This document shows, one piece after another, positions 30,898-40,700 of a stretch of 64,000 bases of DNA. Below the pieces are notes generated by a model that was given only the letters and a program-made list of their open reading frames with translations, was not told where the DNA came from and ran no database searches. The stretch spans positions 269,437 through 333,436 of the forward strand of contig JBGSRU010000002.1 of the NCBI GenBank assembly GCA_041737385.1, written 5' to 3'. The translations under genes were made by a program, and so were the position numbers. Each line of letters begins with the position of its first letter. The first letter of the stretch is position 1. The stretch is from Candidatus Saccharimonadales bacterium (lineage in GTDB: Bacteria > Patescibacteriota > Saccharimonadia > Saccharimonadales > SZUA-47).

Positions 30898-31539
30898 ATG
30901 AAGAAAATTGCGATTTTGGCATCCGGAAGTGGCACCACAGCCGAAGCCGTAGCAATTGCAACACAGAACGGAACATTACAAGCAGAAATCGCACTTATTG
31001 TCATCAATAACCCTACTGCTGAAATCAAAAATCAGCCATCTATAGCTACTCTAAAGATTCCGGTGGTTTGTATAAACAGCCGCACACATCCAGGCGACAC
31101 TGAAAAGGGCAGTATGACTGATGCGGAATCACAAGCAATTCTTAGCGCCGTAGAAGCAACAAATTGTGAACTCGTTGTGTTGCTTGGGTACATGAAAAAA
31201 GTAAGAGGACCGCTATTAGACAAATTAGGTGAAAAGCACGGGAGGCTAGGTCGAATACTCAACACCCATCCAGGCCCGCTACCAGAAACTGCTGGGTTAC
31301 ACGGTGAATCAACTCATGAAGAAGTTTTTAAACTTTATAAATCTGGGCAATTAACACACACCGGTCCGACTCTCCACCAAGTAACTGCAGGTTACGACGA
31401 AGGGTCAATCGTCCAGTTCGCTAGCTTGGTCGAACTGCAAGATTCAGATACAGTAAGTAGTATTGAGTCGAGAGTTCGAACCGTCGAAAGAGAACAAACC
31501 CCAATAGGAATACAAAACTACTTAGGAGATTTAACATAA
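30898..31539 (+). CDS. purN: Phosphoribosylglycinamide formyltransferase
   Basis: KIAILASGSGTTAEA, LNTHPGPLP and HQVTAGYDEGSIV motifs of the formyltransferase family. Confidence 0.8.
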   Translation: MKKIAILASGSGTTAEAVAIATQNGTLQAEIALIVINNPTAEIKNQPSIATLKIPVVCINSRTHPGDTEKGSMTDAESQAILSAVEATNCELVVLLGYMKKVRGPLLDKLGEKHGRLGRILNTHPGPLPETAGLHGESTHEEVFKLYKSGQLTHTGPTLHQVTAGYDEGSIVQFASLVELQDSDTVSSIESRVRTVEREQTPIGIQNYLGDLT

Positions 31540-32342
31540 TGCCAACATATTTGAGCAGTAAAATAGCGGTTGAAGAAACGCGCATCAAACAAACAGAGCA
31601 AGTAAAATCACTTTTGGCTAAATGCGGTAACACACCGAAACTGGTCATCATCCAGATCAAAGACGATCCTGTCATAAACGTATATGTAAATGCTAAAAAA
31701 CGATATGGAGCTCGTATTGGTGTCGACGTCGACATTCTCAAGATAGAGCAGAGTGAAGCACTAACAACTATTCAGAAAATGAACAATGACAAATCGGTAC
31801 ATGGCATCATCGTGCAGTTGCCGATCGATGATACATCACAAACTGACGAAATAGTTAACGCTGTCGCTAAGTCGAAAGATGTCGATGGCCTAAGCAAAGA
31901 TTCACCATTTACGCCAGCAACTCCGCTGGCAATTATGTTCATACTAGCGCACTACAAAATAACGTTTGAAGATAAAAATGTCGCAGTTGTTGGTCGTGGA
32001 TCGCTTGTCGGTGCGCCAATCATGAAGATACTCGATGGGATGGGCGTTCCATATACGAACATCAACTCTAAGACAATCAACCCTGAAGAAGTTATGAATG
32101 GTGCGGATATATTGATTTCGGCAACCGGCATACCGAGCTTAGTAAAGTCAGAGAACATCAAATCAGGCGCAGTCGTTGTAGATGCGGGTACGGCGACTGA
32201 CAGCGGCAAAACTGTCGGCGATGTCGCTGATGAAGCCTATGAGCGTGATGATATCAGCATCACTCCGAAAAAAGGAGGCGTCGGTCCTATGACCGTCTGC
32301 GCTCTTTTCAGCAACGTCCTCACTGCGTACGAAAGCGAGTAG
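31539..32342 (+). CDS. folD: Bifunctional methylenetetrahydrofolate dehydrogenase / methenyl-THF cyclohydrolase
   Basis: HGIIVQLPI, DVDGL, VVGRGSLVGAPI and GGVGPMT motifs. Its start overlaps the purN stop. Confidence 0.85.
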   Translation: MPTYLSSKIAVEETRIKQTEQVKSLLAKCGNTPKLVIIQIKDDPVINVYVNAKKRYGARIGVDVDILKIEQSEALTTIQKMNNDKSVHGIIVQLPIDDTSQTDEIVNAVAKSKDVDGLSKDSPFTPATPLAIMFILAHYKITFEDKNVAVVGRGSLVGAPIMKILDGMGVPYTNINSKTINPEEVMNGADILISATGIPSLVKSENIKSGAVVVDAGTATDSGKTVGDVADEAYERDDISITPKKGGVGPMTVCALFSNVLTAYESE

Positions 32343-32517
32343 GCCCGTATACGGTAATTCTATCGGGTATTGCTAGTAAATTGTTCAAACATCCATAAAC
32401 AGAATAAACTTTTCTTAAAGTATACAAAGTGTTTGAAGCAGCAATAAACATCACCGCAACACACTCGGCACGACGTACGACGCTCCAACTGATTAATTAA
32501 ATATTGTCTGGGAAAGC

Positions 32518-32570
32518 GGGGATATATTCAATAACTTTTTTCTGGCTCAAGTCTGCAGGTCTGAAACCTA
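32518..32570. repeat. Direct repeat: a 30-bp flank plus a degenerate copy of the tRNA-Gln 3' half
   Basis: GGGATATATTCAATAACTTTTTTCTGGCT (32518-32547) is identical to 33141-33169. The following CAAGTCTGCAGGTCTGAAACC aligns, with an indel and mismatches, to the tRNA 3' half GGGTCGGCAGGGATCGAACC. Confidence 0.7.
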
Positions 32571-32594
32571 GCACTTTGTATAACAAATTATCGC

Positions 32595-33002
32595 TTATTT
32601 CTTATCAGGTATAGTGCAGAATTTCATTACAGCAAAGAATAGTATTGCAGCTACAATGCCGAATACTGCATCTATAGGGTCCGCTGTATTAAAATCAACC
32701 CAGGTCACCCCAAGAGGTAGTTGGATGTCATCAATACTTATTAACTCAACAACTATATTCAGTACTATTGAAATGACTACCAACGAGCGAAGTTGAGTAA
32801 CCAAATATTCACCTTTTCTTACACTTTTGAACATTTCTAACGACATGATAAGGCCTGTAATCGCAAAATTGGAAATGTGCAGACTAATAAAATTTGCGTG
32901 ATCCTGGGAGACAATCTTATATATAAAAGGTAATGTGTATAAGCACAGTAACCCAAAAATAGGATATTTATATTTCAACTTTAGTACTTGTTGTTTCGTC
33001 AC
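32595..33002 (-). CDS. Small membrane protein, function unknown (between the tRNA-fragment repeats)
   Basis: 135 aa with four hydrophobic segments and no motif recognised. Confidence 0.4.
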   Translation of the reverse strand: MTKQQVLKLKYKYPIFGLLCLYTLPFIYKIVSQDHANFISLHISNFAITGLIMSLEMFKSVRKGEYLVTQLRSLVVISIVLNIVVELISIDDIQLPLGVTWVDFNTADPIDAVFGIVAAILFFAVMKFCTIPDKK

Positions 33003-33140
33003 AAGTTTATTTTAACACTACTGATATGATGCCAAAGCCCTATTAATATAAATCGTTATCGTAAAATTGGTTTCTTATAAAATAGCAGAATTAGTGACAT
33101 AGGTCTCAAATTCTGCTGTCGTATATAGCTCAAGTCAGGA

Positions 33141-33183
33141 GGGATATATTCAATAACTTTTTTCTGGCTGGGTCGGCAGGGAT
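33141..33183. repeat. Direct repeat: a 30-bp flank plus an exact 19-bp copy of the tRNA-Gln 3' end
   Basis: TGGCTGGGTCGGCAGGGAT at 33165-33183 is identical to 33318-33336, which is the CCA end, acceptor arm and start of the T arm of the intact tRNA. The preceding flank equals 32518-32547. Confidence 0.8.
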
Positions 33184-33317
33184 ATAAGGCATAAAATCCG
33201 ACCTTTTTGCGAACAAGTTCGCGGGGGATTAAACGAACGCTGCGCGCAGGTTCGATCCACCGCGAATCGCGGTCCAACAAAAAAAGCCTAACTGTAGAAC
33301 AGATAGACTTCTTTTGT

Positions 33318-33392
33318 TGGCTGGGTCGGCAGGGATCGAACCTGCGAATGCCAGTACCAAAAACTGGTGCCTTACCACTTGGCGACGACCCA
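33318..33392 (-). tRNA. tRNA-Gln (anticodon UUG), CCA encoded
   Basis: The minus-strand sequence reads TGGGTCG-TC-GCC-AAGTGGTAA-GGC-A-CCAGT-TTTTGGT-ACTGG-CATTC-GCAGG-TTCGATC-CCTGC-CGACCCA-G-CCA. It folds as a 7-bp acceptor stem, a 5-bp anticodon stem with loop positions 34-36 = TTG, and a canonical T arm. Total length is 75 nt. Confidence 0.85.
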
Positions 33393-33531
33393 TTACTTGT
33401 GTGGTTAATAACTCCGGTAGATTATACCAAAAATTTCCACAATTACATACTAACACTATTAATAACTACTACTAGAAAATGTTGTAAATAAACCTATTGC
33501 GAAATTAGCTTAACAAGTTTAGTCTATATAA

Positions 33532-34398
33532 ATGAGAAACATACCAAGTGCTGGAACTCTTGAAACAATGGCACCCATAGATTGGGACACACACGCCAAG
33601 CAAGTTCTCGAACTCGGAGGCGATCATTACGAATTCATAAAAAGACAAAAGATTGCAGAGTTATACGGCGCAGCAGCCGTGTTTTTTATTTCTGAGGACA
33701 TAGACAGGCAATTAATGCCAGCTGCTACGCAAGCTATTCAATCCGGTCAAACAGATCACGCAGTATTTATTCCAATTATGAAAGGCGCTAGACCATTCTT
33801 CAGCGATTTAGAAAGAACAATTTATGACCGCCAAGAGCGCCGACTCAGAACAGAATGGATGAGGACGAGTACTTTCGTCGGGACAGACAGAGTACCGACT
33901 TATGTTGTTGTGAATGATCCGGATCTACCGCTACCTGATATTGAGTCTATTACACCGGATGATACAGTAATTTTTGTTGATGATGGGCTAGACAACGGCG
34001 AAACTCTTGAAGTGATAGCAGATTTCGTGCACGAACGACATGGTGTCACTGATTTCGAGGTATTTGTAGCACTTACTAAACAACCTGGCTTTGTTATTCC
34101 GAGAATAAGTAGAATATCCAGTCTCTTCACTACACCGCACGGCGTTTACGGGTCGATGTATGGATTCAACGGCGGCCTTGAAGGAATTGAAATAGGCGGT
34201 AAAAGAGAATCATCGGATGAAGTCGGTAGGTTTGTTCGCGCAATAGGCATGGCGATGATTCAGCCAAAAGAGTCAGTCGACAGTGGACTCGTAACTGCAA
34301 CGCTTGAAACCTTAGGTGGCAAGGACGGATTTGCTCGAGCAACAATCGATGATATCGTCAAATACAACCAAGTTTACAACAGTAGCTGGGCGAATTAG
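33532..34398 (+). CDS. Atypical phosphoribosyltransferase-domain protein with N- and C-terminal extensions
   Basis: PRPP-binding signature VIFVDDGLDNGETL within a 288-aa protein. The flanking regions are not recognisable. Confidence 0.5.
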   Translation: MRNIPSAGTLETMAPIDWDTHAKQVLELGGDHYEFIKRQKIAELYGAAAVFFISEDIDRQLMPAATQAIQSGQTDHAVFIPIMKGARPFFSDLERTIYDRQERRLRTEWMRTSTFVGTDRVPTYVVVNDPDLPLPDIESITPDDTVIFVDDGLDNGETLEVIADFVHERHGVTDFEVFVALTKQPGFVIPRISRISSLFTTPHGVYGSMYGFNGGLEGIEIGGKRESSDEVGRFVRAIGMAMIQPKESVDSGLVTATLETLGGKDGFARATIDDIVKYNQVYNSSWAN

Positions 34399-34946
34399 CC
34401 TTTACTAACTGAGCGCTGGTGCAGCGTCCCAATCGGATCAATAACTTCCCAAGGATAATATACCCAACCACTAGTCGCTGTGACGTAGAAATCAGGCACG
34501 AAGTTAGTTTTATTTTTGCTAGGTTTGTAATGAATAGCCGCTGTTACCACCGATTTTGCACCAAGTGCGAGCAGCTCTTTAACCGCTCGCTCAACTGTCT
34601 CACAGCTATCAAATATCTCTTCAGCAAGCAATACTGTTTCGCCCTCGACGTCTGACTCAACTGGCATTTGTCCAATCTTGAATTCCCCCGCTTGCTTCGC
34701 ATCTTCTCGGTCATATCGTGACATACCTAGCGAAAGCACTTTGTCTCCAGATAGCGCCAACTGACGAGCCAATACATTGACAACGTACATCCCGCCCCTT
34801 GGTATACAGGCTATTTTTGTTATTGTTGGCGTTTTGCCTTGGTGCATCGAATTCTGTATATCAACACCGAGTGTCATCGTCTTGAGGAGCACGCTATCCC
34901 ACGTCTCCCATATAGTTTCTACAGTATCCTGTTTGTTATTGCTCAT
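34395..34946 (-). CDS. Purine phosphoribosyltransferase (Gpt/Xpt/Hpt-like)
   Basis: PRPP motif VLLAEEIFDSCET, with the size and layout of type I purine PRTases. Its stop overlaps the stop of the convergent 33532 gene. Confidence 0.6.
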   Translation of the reverse strand: MSNNKQDTVETIWETWDSVLLKTMTLGVDIQNSMHQGKTPTITKIACIPRGGMYVVNVLARQLALSGDKVLSLGMSRYDREDAKQAGEFKIGQMPVESDVEGETVLLAEEIFDSCETVERAVKELLALGAKSVVTAAIHYKPSKNKTNFVPDFYVTATSGWVYYPWEVIDPIGTLHQRSVSKG

Positions 34947-34973
34947 AGCGTTAATGATACTACAGTAGCCTGG

Positions 34974-35954
34974 CTACAAGATCAACATAGCGTCACCAAA
35001 ACTGTAGAACCGGTACTTGTTTTCAATCGCATGATCATATATTTTTTGCATCTCAGCACTAGAACCAACAAAAGCTTCGATCATGAGTAATAGTGACGTT
35101 CCGGGTAAGTGGAAATTCGTAATCATACTGTCAACTGCTTTGAACTCGTACCCAGGCCGAATAAATATGTCAGTGTCTCCGGAGACATTGTCTGTTTGCT
35201 TCCATGATTCCAGCGTTCTGGTTGTTGTTGTCCCCACGGATGTGATGTGCTTTGCATGTTCAATTGTGCTGATTGTCGCTTCGTTGATTTCATAGGTCTC
35301 AGCGTGCAATCGACCAGTTTTATAGTTTTCATCAGTTAAACCAGCAAATGTTCCAAGCCCAACATGCAACGTCACCTCGGCAAATTCATGATTCTTTTTA
35401 ATAGCGTCAAGCAAACTCTCCGTAAAATGTAGCCCAGCAGTTGGTGCCGCCTTAGAGCCACCAGACTCAGACAACTTTGCGTATATTGTCTGATATTCTT
35501 CGGCTAATGTATCATTTTGAGCTATATAAGGTGGAAGCGGTACGTGTTCAATAGCACTAAGTCGCGTATCGTCATGCTCTATGTTTAGCCTAATCGTCCG
35601 TATACCATCCTCATCAATTGCAGTTGTCTCAGCTTTCAGCCAATCATTTATCTGACTGTTCGTACCTAGCTTAAACTTCTTCCCGGGCCGGACGAGCGCC
35701 CGAATAGTATGCTGATCTAATTTTTCTAAAACAAAAATCTCAGTTTTATTATCATCAAATAGCCACCGACAATGCTCAACTTTAGAGTTGTTCACTACAA
35801 GAGTTGTATTTTCAACCAAATATTCAGGTAAATCTGAAAACACAGCATCAGTTATCTCCTTCGTTTTCCTGTCATACACAAGTAACCGCGCTGAATCACG
35901 CGGGATTGCAGGTTCTTGTGCAATTAATGTTTTAGGCAATTCAAAGTTTATCAT
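34974..35954 (-). CDS. queA: S-adenosylmethionine:tRNA ribosyltransferase-isomerase
   Basis: N-terminus MINFELPKTLIAQEPAIPRDSARLLV, AAPTAGLHFT, VGLGTF, VGTTTTRTLES and FHLPGTSLLML signatures. Start at ATG 35954. Confidence 0.9.
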   Translation of the reverse strand: MINFELPKTLIAQEPAIPRDSARLLVYDRKTKEITDAVFSDLPEYLVENTTLVVNNSKVEHCRWLFDDNKTEIFVLEKLDQHTIRALVRPGKKFKLGTNSQINDWLKAETTAIDEDGIRTIRLNIEHDDTRLSAIEHVPLPPYIAQNDTLAEEYQTIYAKLSESGGSKAAPTAGLHFTESLLDAIKKNHEFAEVTLHVGLGTFAGLTDENYKTGRLHAETYEINEATISTIEHAKHITSVGTTTTRTLESWKQTDNVSGDTDIFIRPGYEFKAVDSMITNFHLPGTSLLLMIEAFVGSSAEMQKIYDHAIENKYRFYSFGDAMLIL

Positions 35955-35978
35955 CTCAAAAATTGTAGCATATTGACA
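35894..35978. repeat. Copy 1 of an ~85-bp direct repeat (queA 5' coding end plus the divergent promoter -35)
   Basis: AATCACGCGGGATTGCAGGTTCTTGTGCAATTAATGTTTTAGGCAATTCAAA...TGTAGCATATTGACA recurs at 36580-36665 with few mismatches in the first ~55 bp and again in the last 15 bp. Confidence 0.8.
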
Positions 35979-36001
35979 AAATACATACAATTTGATATAA
36001 T
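35973..36001 (+). promoter_or_regulatory. Sigma70-like promoter for the leaderless ORF at 36009
   Basis: TTGACA (35973-35978), a 17-nt spacer, then TATAAT (35996-36001). ATG 36009 lies 7 nt downstream of the -10 box. Confidence 0.6.
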
Positions 36002-36008
36002 ATGTTAA

Positions 36009-36572
36009 ATGGGCTTTAGCGCTTTAGAAATACCAATAATAGATCCTGAATACGTGAACGAAATGAGAGAACAAGGTTTCTCGGTAGCTCGTCAAGTAAT
36101 TCCTGTTGAGATATACTCTGGATTAGTTGATCTAGCAACTAATAAAGCTGGAAGGCAGTTAGATTTATCTGACGAGGCAACAAATCAACAGTTTGACATC
36201 ACTGACAACACCAGAAAAATCGCATTATCAGTTTATGAAGCATTTTTTCAAGCAGGCTTAACAGAGTGGAAGCCAAATCTTTCGACTTTTTTGAAAAACG
36301 GTCCGCTTCAAAATCCACATGCTGATAATCCACGCTACAAATATGGAGTTGCACTAGCTTACTTATCTGGTGAATTAGATATGCAGGTTGCTTCTACTTA
36401 CAGTGGCTTAGGCCTAGAAACTACAATTAAAGGAATTGAACCAGGTGACGTCGTATTTCTTAGAGCAATAGAGCCTGAAGTGCAGCATTGTAACTTTACG
36501 AGCGACGGTCGAACGTGGCATAACGCAATTGGCAGCGATCGTCGCATGCTCCATCTAGGGTATGAGAAGTAA
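36009..36572 (+). CDS. Hypothetical protein (possible HxD...H cupin/dioxygenase-like, weak)
   Basis: 187 aa. NPHADNP and a later TWHN could form an HxD...H facial triad. It is flanked by the duplicated queA 5' segment. Confidence 0.45.
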   Translation: MGFSALEIPIIDPEYVNEMREQGFSVARQVIPVEIYSGLVDLATNKAGRQLDLSDEATNQQFDITDNTRKIALSVYEAFFQAGLTEWKPNLSTFLKNGPLQNPHADNPRYKYGVALAYLSGELDMQVASTYSGLGLETTIKGIEPGDVVFLRAIEPEVQHCNFTSDGRTWHNAIGSDRRMLHLGYEK

Positions 36573-36579
36573 GTTGTAA

Positions 36580-36665
36580 AATCACGCGGGCTTGCAGGTT
36601 CTTGCGCAATTAATGTTTTAGGCAATTCAAATGAAATCATACTAACAGAGTGTAGCATATTGACA
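36580..36665. repeat. Copy 2 of the ~85-bp repeat: an orphan queA N-terminal fragment plus a duplicated promoter -35
   Basis: The minus strand encodes ISFELPKTLIAQEPASPRD, which matches the queA N-terminus. The segment ends in TGTAGCATATTGACA as in copy 1. Confidence 0.8.
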
Positions 36666-36688
36666 TATAGAATAGAATGTGTTATCAT
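36660..36688 (+). promoter_or_regulatory. Duplicated sigma70-like promoter
   Basis: TTGACA (36660-36665), a 17-nt spacer, then TATCAT (36683-36688). Confidence 0.45.
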
Positions 36689-37196
36689 TAGATCTTATGC
36701 ATACCTTCACGAACACAACAACCCTAACAGCTCAGGTGAAGTGACAAAAGGTTTTGTACTATCAGCCACACAAGAAAATGATGGCTTTAGCTTTGAGCTT
36801 TTATTTGGTCGAGCGCCGTCACATGATGATTTATTAATACATGCACCGTTTGATTATTCTATGCATAATCGACCAAATATACCACTCGTTGGTGTAAGTG
36901 CAGATGACCAAGTTGAAGCTTTTGATTTCGAGGTAAACTTTGAGCATGATTCTATAGATGGGTTTACAAAGATATCAATGTTCGATGAGACAGATAGTGT
37001 TGAGAACGTTGACGAAGCGTACGTGCATAAGTTTGTCGGCGGATTATGGCACGCCATAAGCAAAATTAAAGCGTTTGAAAACGGCGAAATTCTAAGATTA
37101 AGATTTATGAGCGGCTATGATTTAAGCAATCATTACATCAGGATATTTGAGTGTGGCTCAAAGGGTGAGTTGGTCGTTATTGGTCTGGGTGATTAG
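36660..37196 (+). CDS. Hypothetical acidic protein, start codon uncertain
   Basis: The frame is open from 36660, but that TTG is the promoter -35 itself. The first plausible in-frame start is GTG 36741. ATG 36697 is out of frame and opens only a 15-codon ORF. Confidence 0.4.
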   Translation: MTYRIECVIIRSYAYLHEHNNPNSSGEVTKGFVLSATQENDGFSFELLFGRAPSHDDLLIHAPFDYSMHNRPNIPLVGVSADDQVEAFDFEVNFEHDSIDGFTKISMFDETDSVENVDEAYVHKFVGGLWHAISKIKAFENGEILRLRFMSGYDLSNHYIRIFECGSKGELVVIGLGD

Positions 37197-37222
37197 ACAG
37201 CTAAACGCTGTATACTATAGAT

Positions 37223-37747
37223 ATGAAAACTATTGTACTTGGCGGTGGATGTTTCTGGTGTATTGAAGCAGTGCTACAGATAGTAATAGGCATCGATAAA
37301 GTCGTTTCTGGATATGCAGGTGGCGGCACAGAAATAGAGCCAAGTTATTGGGATCTACACTCAGGAAAATATGGCCACGCTGAAGTTGTTGAAGCAACCT
37401 ACGATCCAGCTATAATTTCTCTTAAGACTATTCTAGAAATGTTTTTCTACACCCATGATCCGACAGTATCAAGACAGCCAGGAACTGGTGACGAAGGGCC
37501 TGAGTATCGATCAATAATCCTGTGCGAAAATGATGAGCTAGAAATTGCAGAAAGAGCAAGAGAAGAAGCACAAAATTTATGGGATGATCCTATCATTACA
37601 GAAGTTAAAGTAATAGATAAATTTTACCCAGCAGAAGAAAACCATCAAAACTTTTATAACAACAACCCCAATTCCGGCTACTGCCAAGTGATCATCAACC
37701 CCAAAATAGCCAAATTCGAGAAAAAGTTCGCAGAGTATCTCAAATAA
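37223..37747 (+). CDS. msrA: Peptide-methionine (S)-S-oxide reductase
   Basis: GGGCFWCIEAV active-site motif, HAEVVEATYDP and YHQNFY-like ENHQNFY. TATACT at 37211-37216 lies 6 nt upstream of the ATG. Confidence 0.9.
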   Translation: MKTIVLGGGCFWCIEAVLQIVIGIDKVVSGYAGGGTEIEPSYWDLHSGKYGHAEVVEATYDPAIISLKTILEMFFYTHDPTVSRQPGTGDEGPEYRSIILCENDELEIAERAREEAQNLWDDPIITEVKVIDKFYPAEENHQNFYNNNPNSGYCQVIINPKIAKFEKKFAEYLK

Positions 37748-37767
37748 TCGCGTTATACTATCTCTAG

Positions 37768-40700
37768 ATGAAAGAGATTAAACTAAACGCAGCGCAACAA
37801 CAGGCAGTTGATCAGATTTATGGTCCGCTATTAGTTTTAGCAGGTCCAGGGACAGGCAAGACGCAGCTACTCTCAGCTCGCATTGCAAACATACTTGAGC
37901 AAACTGATGCTTCAGCGCAGAACATATTGTGTTTGACGTTCACTGAAAAGGCTGCACTAAACATGCGTGAACGTTTGGCTGGAATCATCAAAGACGATGC
38001 TTATGATGTGCATATCAACACCTACCACGGATTTGGTAGCGATATTATCCGCCAATATCCAGAATATTTTGAAGAAATTAATCTAGAGACAGGTGAAGAT
38101 TCGCGGCTTGAGCGACCAATCGACGATCTACAGCGCATTCAGATCATCACTGAGTTAGTAAATAAACTTCCGTATTCGAGCCCACTTATCGGCGCACGGC
38201 ATTATGTCAAAAACGTAGCAAGCACCATTAGCGAGCTGAAACGTGGTTTATATACTCCCGAGTCACTACGCACTCTAGCCAGCGACAATCTTCGACAAGT
38301 ACAAGAGTTGTCTCCGAAGCTTGCTGATTATATAGGCATAATCAAATCCTTCCCACGTACTGCAGACAAAGCCGTAGAATTATTTTCTGGCGTAGAAGAT
38401 ATTTTATCTGATCACAAAGGACTCGCTGAAATCGCCCATGAAGAACTTGAGCAGGCTATTGCTGAAGCCGTGGAGACTCAAAAATCTAAACCACTTACCG
38501 CTTGGAAGAATGTTTGGCTTACAAAAGATGCTCAAAACAACTACAGATTTACTGACGAACAACAGCATTTACGTATAGCTGAATTAGCAAACCTCTACGA
38601 GAAATATCAGCAAGCGCTCGAAGCAAGTCAACTCTATGATTTTGACGATATGATTTTGCGCTCGATTGACGCACTGAAGAACAAAGATGAGTTGCGCTTC
38701 AACCTCCAAGAAAAATATCAGTTTATTTTACTCGATGAGTTCCAAGACACCAACGCAGCACAATTTGAGCTAGTGAAACTACTAGCTGATAATCCGATCA
38801 ATGAAGGCCAGCCCAATATTTTTGCAGTTGGTGATGACGATCAGGCAATATACGCATTTCAGGGAGCTCGCGTTAGTAATATGCTCGGCTTCATCAACGC
38901 GTTTCGTGATGTCAAAGTTATAAACCTCACAGAAAACTATCGTTCACATCCAGACCTCATTCATACCGCGCACAATGTGGCTAGTCAAATCGAGTCACGG
39001 CTTCACTACAATCTAGAGGGAGTCAACAAAACATTACAGGCAAGCGCGAGCGACTTACCGGCCGACGCCAGCATTGAGCGACATGAGTTTGCAAGTGAAG
39101 CAAGCGAGTATGCATGGGTTGCTGACCGTATTGCGTCGCTGATAGCAGGCGGGACAAATCCTAGCGAGATTGCCGTGCTCGCACCGAAACACAAACTACT
39201 CGAAAACATCGTCCCGTTTATGGTCGCCAACGGCATACCAATTAGTTATGAGAAACGCGAAGACATACTTCATACACCGTTAATGCGCGCCTTCCGCAGT
39301 ATGATTGAACTTGTTCGTGCTGCACATGATGGTGATGATATACGTATAAACGAATTACTACCTCGTGTGTTGTCACTCGATTTTTACCAGATACCCGTGG
39401 CGGACATATGGAAAGTGAACTGGGCCTACCGGACACGGGATGAAGATCGAAGCTGGGTAGAGATTGCACTTGAAACTGACAGCTTAGCTCCGCACGTTAT
39501 GTTCTACTTATCACTGGGCTTAAAAGCAGCCGAAGAACCACTTGAATACTTGCTAGATTATCTGACTGGTAGCGCACCACTAGTTATCGATGCTGAGATT
39601 TCATACACCTCGCCACTTAAAGAATTTTACTTTAGCGATAGAGATTCTGATCCGTTGAAGTTCTATGAAACATTGGCAAATCTGTCCACCATCCGCGAGC
39701 ATTTACGCGCGCACCAAACTGGTGAAGTCCGGCTGTTAGGCCTGCAAGATTTCCTAGACTTCATCGATGCGCACGAAGCAGCAGATCAACCGCTCATCAA
39801 CACGCATCCGATTGCACAGGCGCAGAGTTCAGTGCAGCTCATGACCGCCTATAAAGCCAAAGGCTTAGAGTTCGAACATGTATTTTTACTGTCGGTTCAT
39901 GACGACGTATGGGGCAAAAAAGCCCGAGTCAACTCCAACAAACTATCACTTCCGGCCAACCTCCAACATATACGCTACCAAGGCAGCTCAGAAGACGAAC
40001 TTCGACGTATATTGTTCGTTGCTATCACTCGTGCCAAACACGGCTTGTACCTCAGCTCGCACGCCAACAAAGACAATGGTCGTAGCACCGAAGCAGTCAA
40101 ATACTTATTGGAATTTGACGACGGCGAAGCTCGCAAGACAACCGTGTTTCCAGAAGCTAAACAGATACTCAGAGAAACATCATTTACTCCAGCGGAAACC
40201 ATGCAGCATATTGATACCATGTGGCATAGCCGGCACGTTACGCTTGATGCAGATTTAAAGAGCCTGTTATCTTCCCGATTAGAAACCTACCAAATGTCAC
40301 CGACACATCTCAACACATTTATAGATATGGAATACGGTGGACCTGAACAATTCTTGTTGAATACGCTCCTTCGGTTCCCGAAGGCGCCAGGAGAAGACGG
40401 CGAATTCGGTAACGCAGTCCACACTACATTAGACTGGTATCAGAAGCGCATCGGCGAAGACTCCAAACCAGAGCTAGACAAAGTTTTAGTAGAATTTGAC
40501 AAGCAATTATCGCGCCGTTATATCCCGGCAGATCGCATGGATGATTTTAGAGACCGCGGGCATCATGCGTTGAAGCTGTACATTCCAGCGTCAGAAGATA
40601 CGTTCACTCGCACCGCCAAAGCAGAGGTTGATTTCAAAGGTGAAGGCGTTATGTTAGGCGAAGCGCACCTAGCCGGCAAGATTGACCGACTAGAAATTGA

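Noticed and set aside
33240-33290. A T-arm-like string, GCAGGTTCGATCC, on the plus strand, which might suggest a second tRNA or tmRNA 3' end.
   Set aside because: The flanking bases cannot form a 5-bp T stem or an acceptor stem. No anticodon arm or CCA context was found. It is most likely a rearranged fragment of the tRNA-Gln region.
33056-33491. ORFs at 33056-33280 (-), 33207-33491 (+) and 33229-33456 (-).
   Set aside because: They overlap tRNA-Gln and its duplicated fragments, and their peptides are Arg-rich and non-protein-like.
36398-36688. A 96-aa minus-strand ORF.
   Set aside because: It consists of the duplicated queA N-terminal fragment reading through into the antisense strand of the 36009-36572 gene. 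It is a duplication artefact, not an independent gene.
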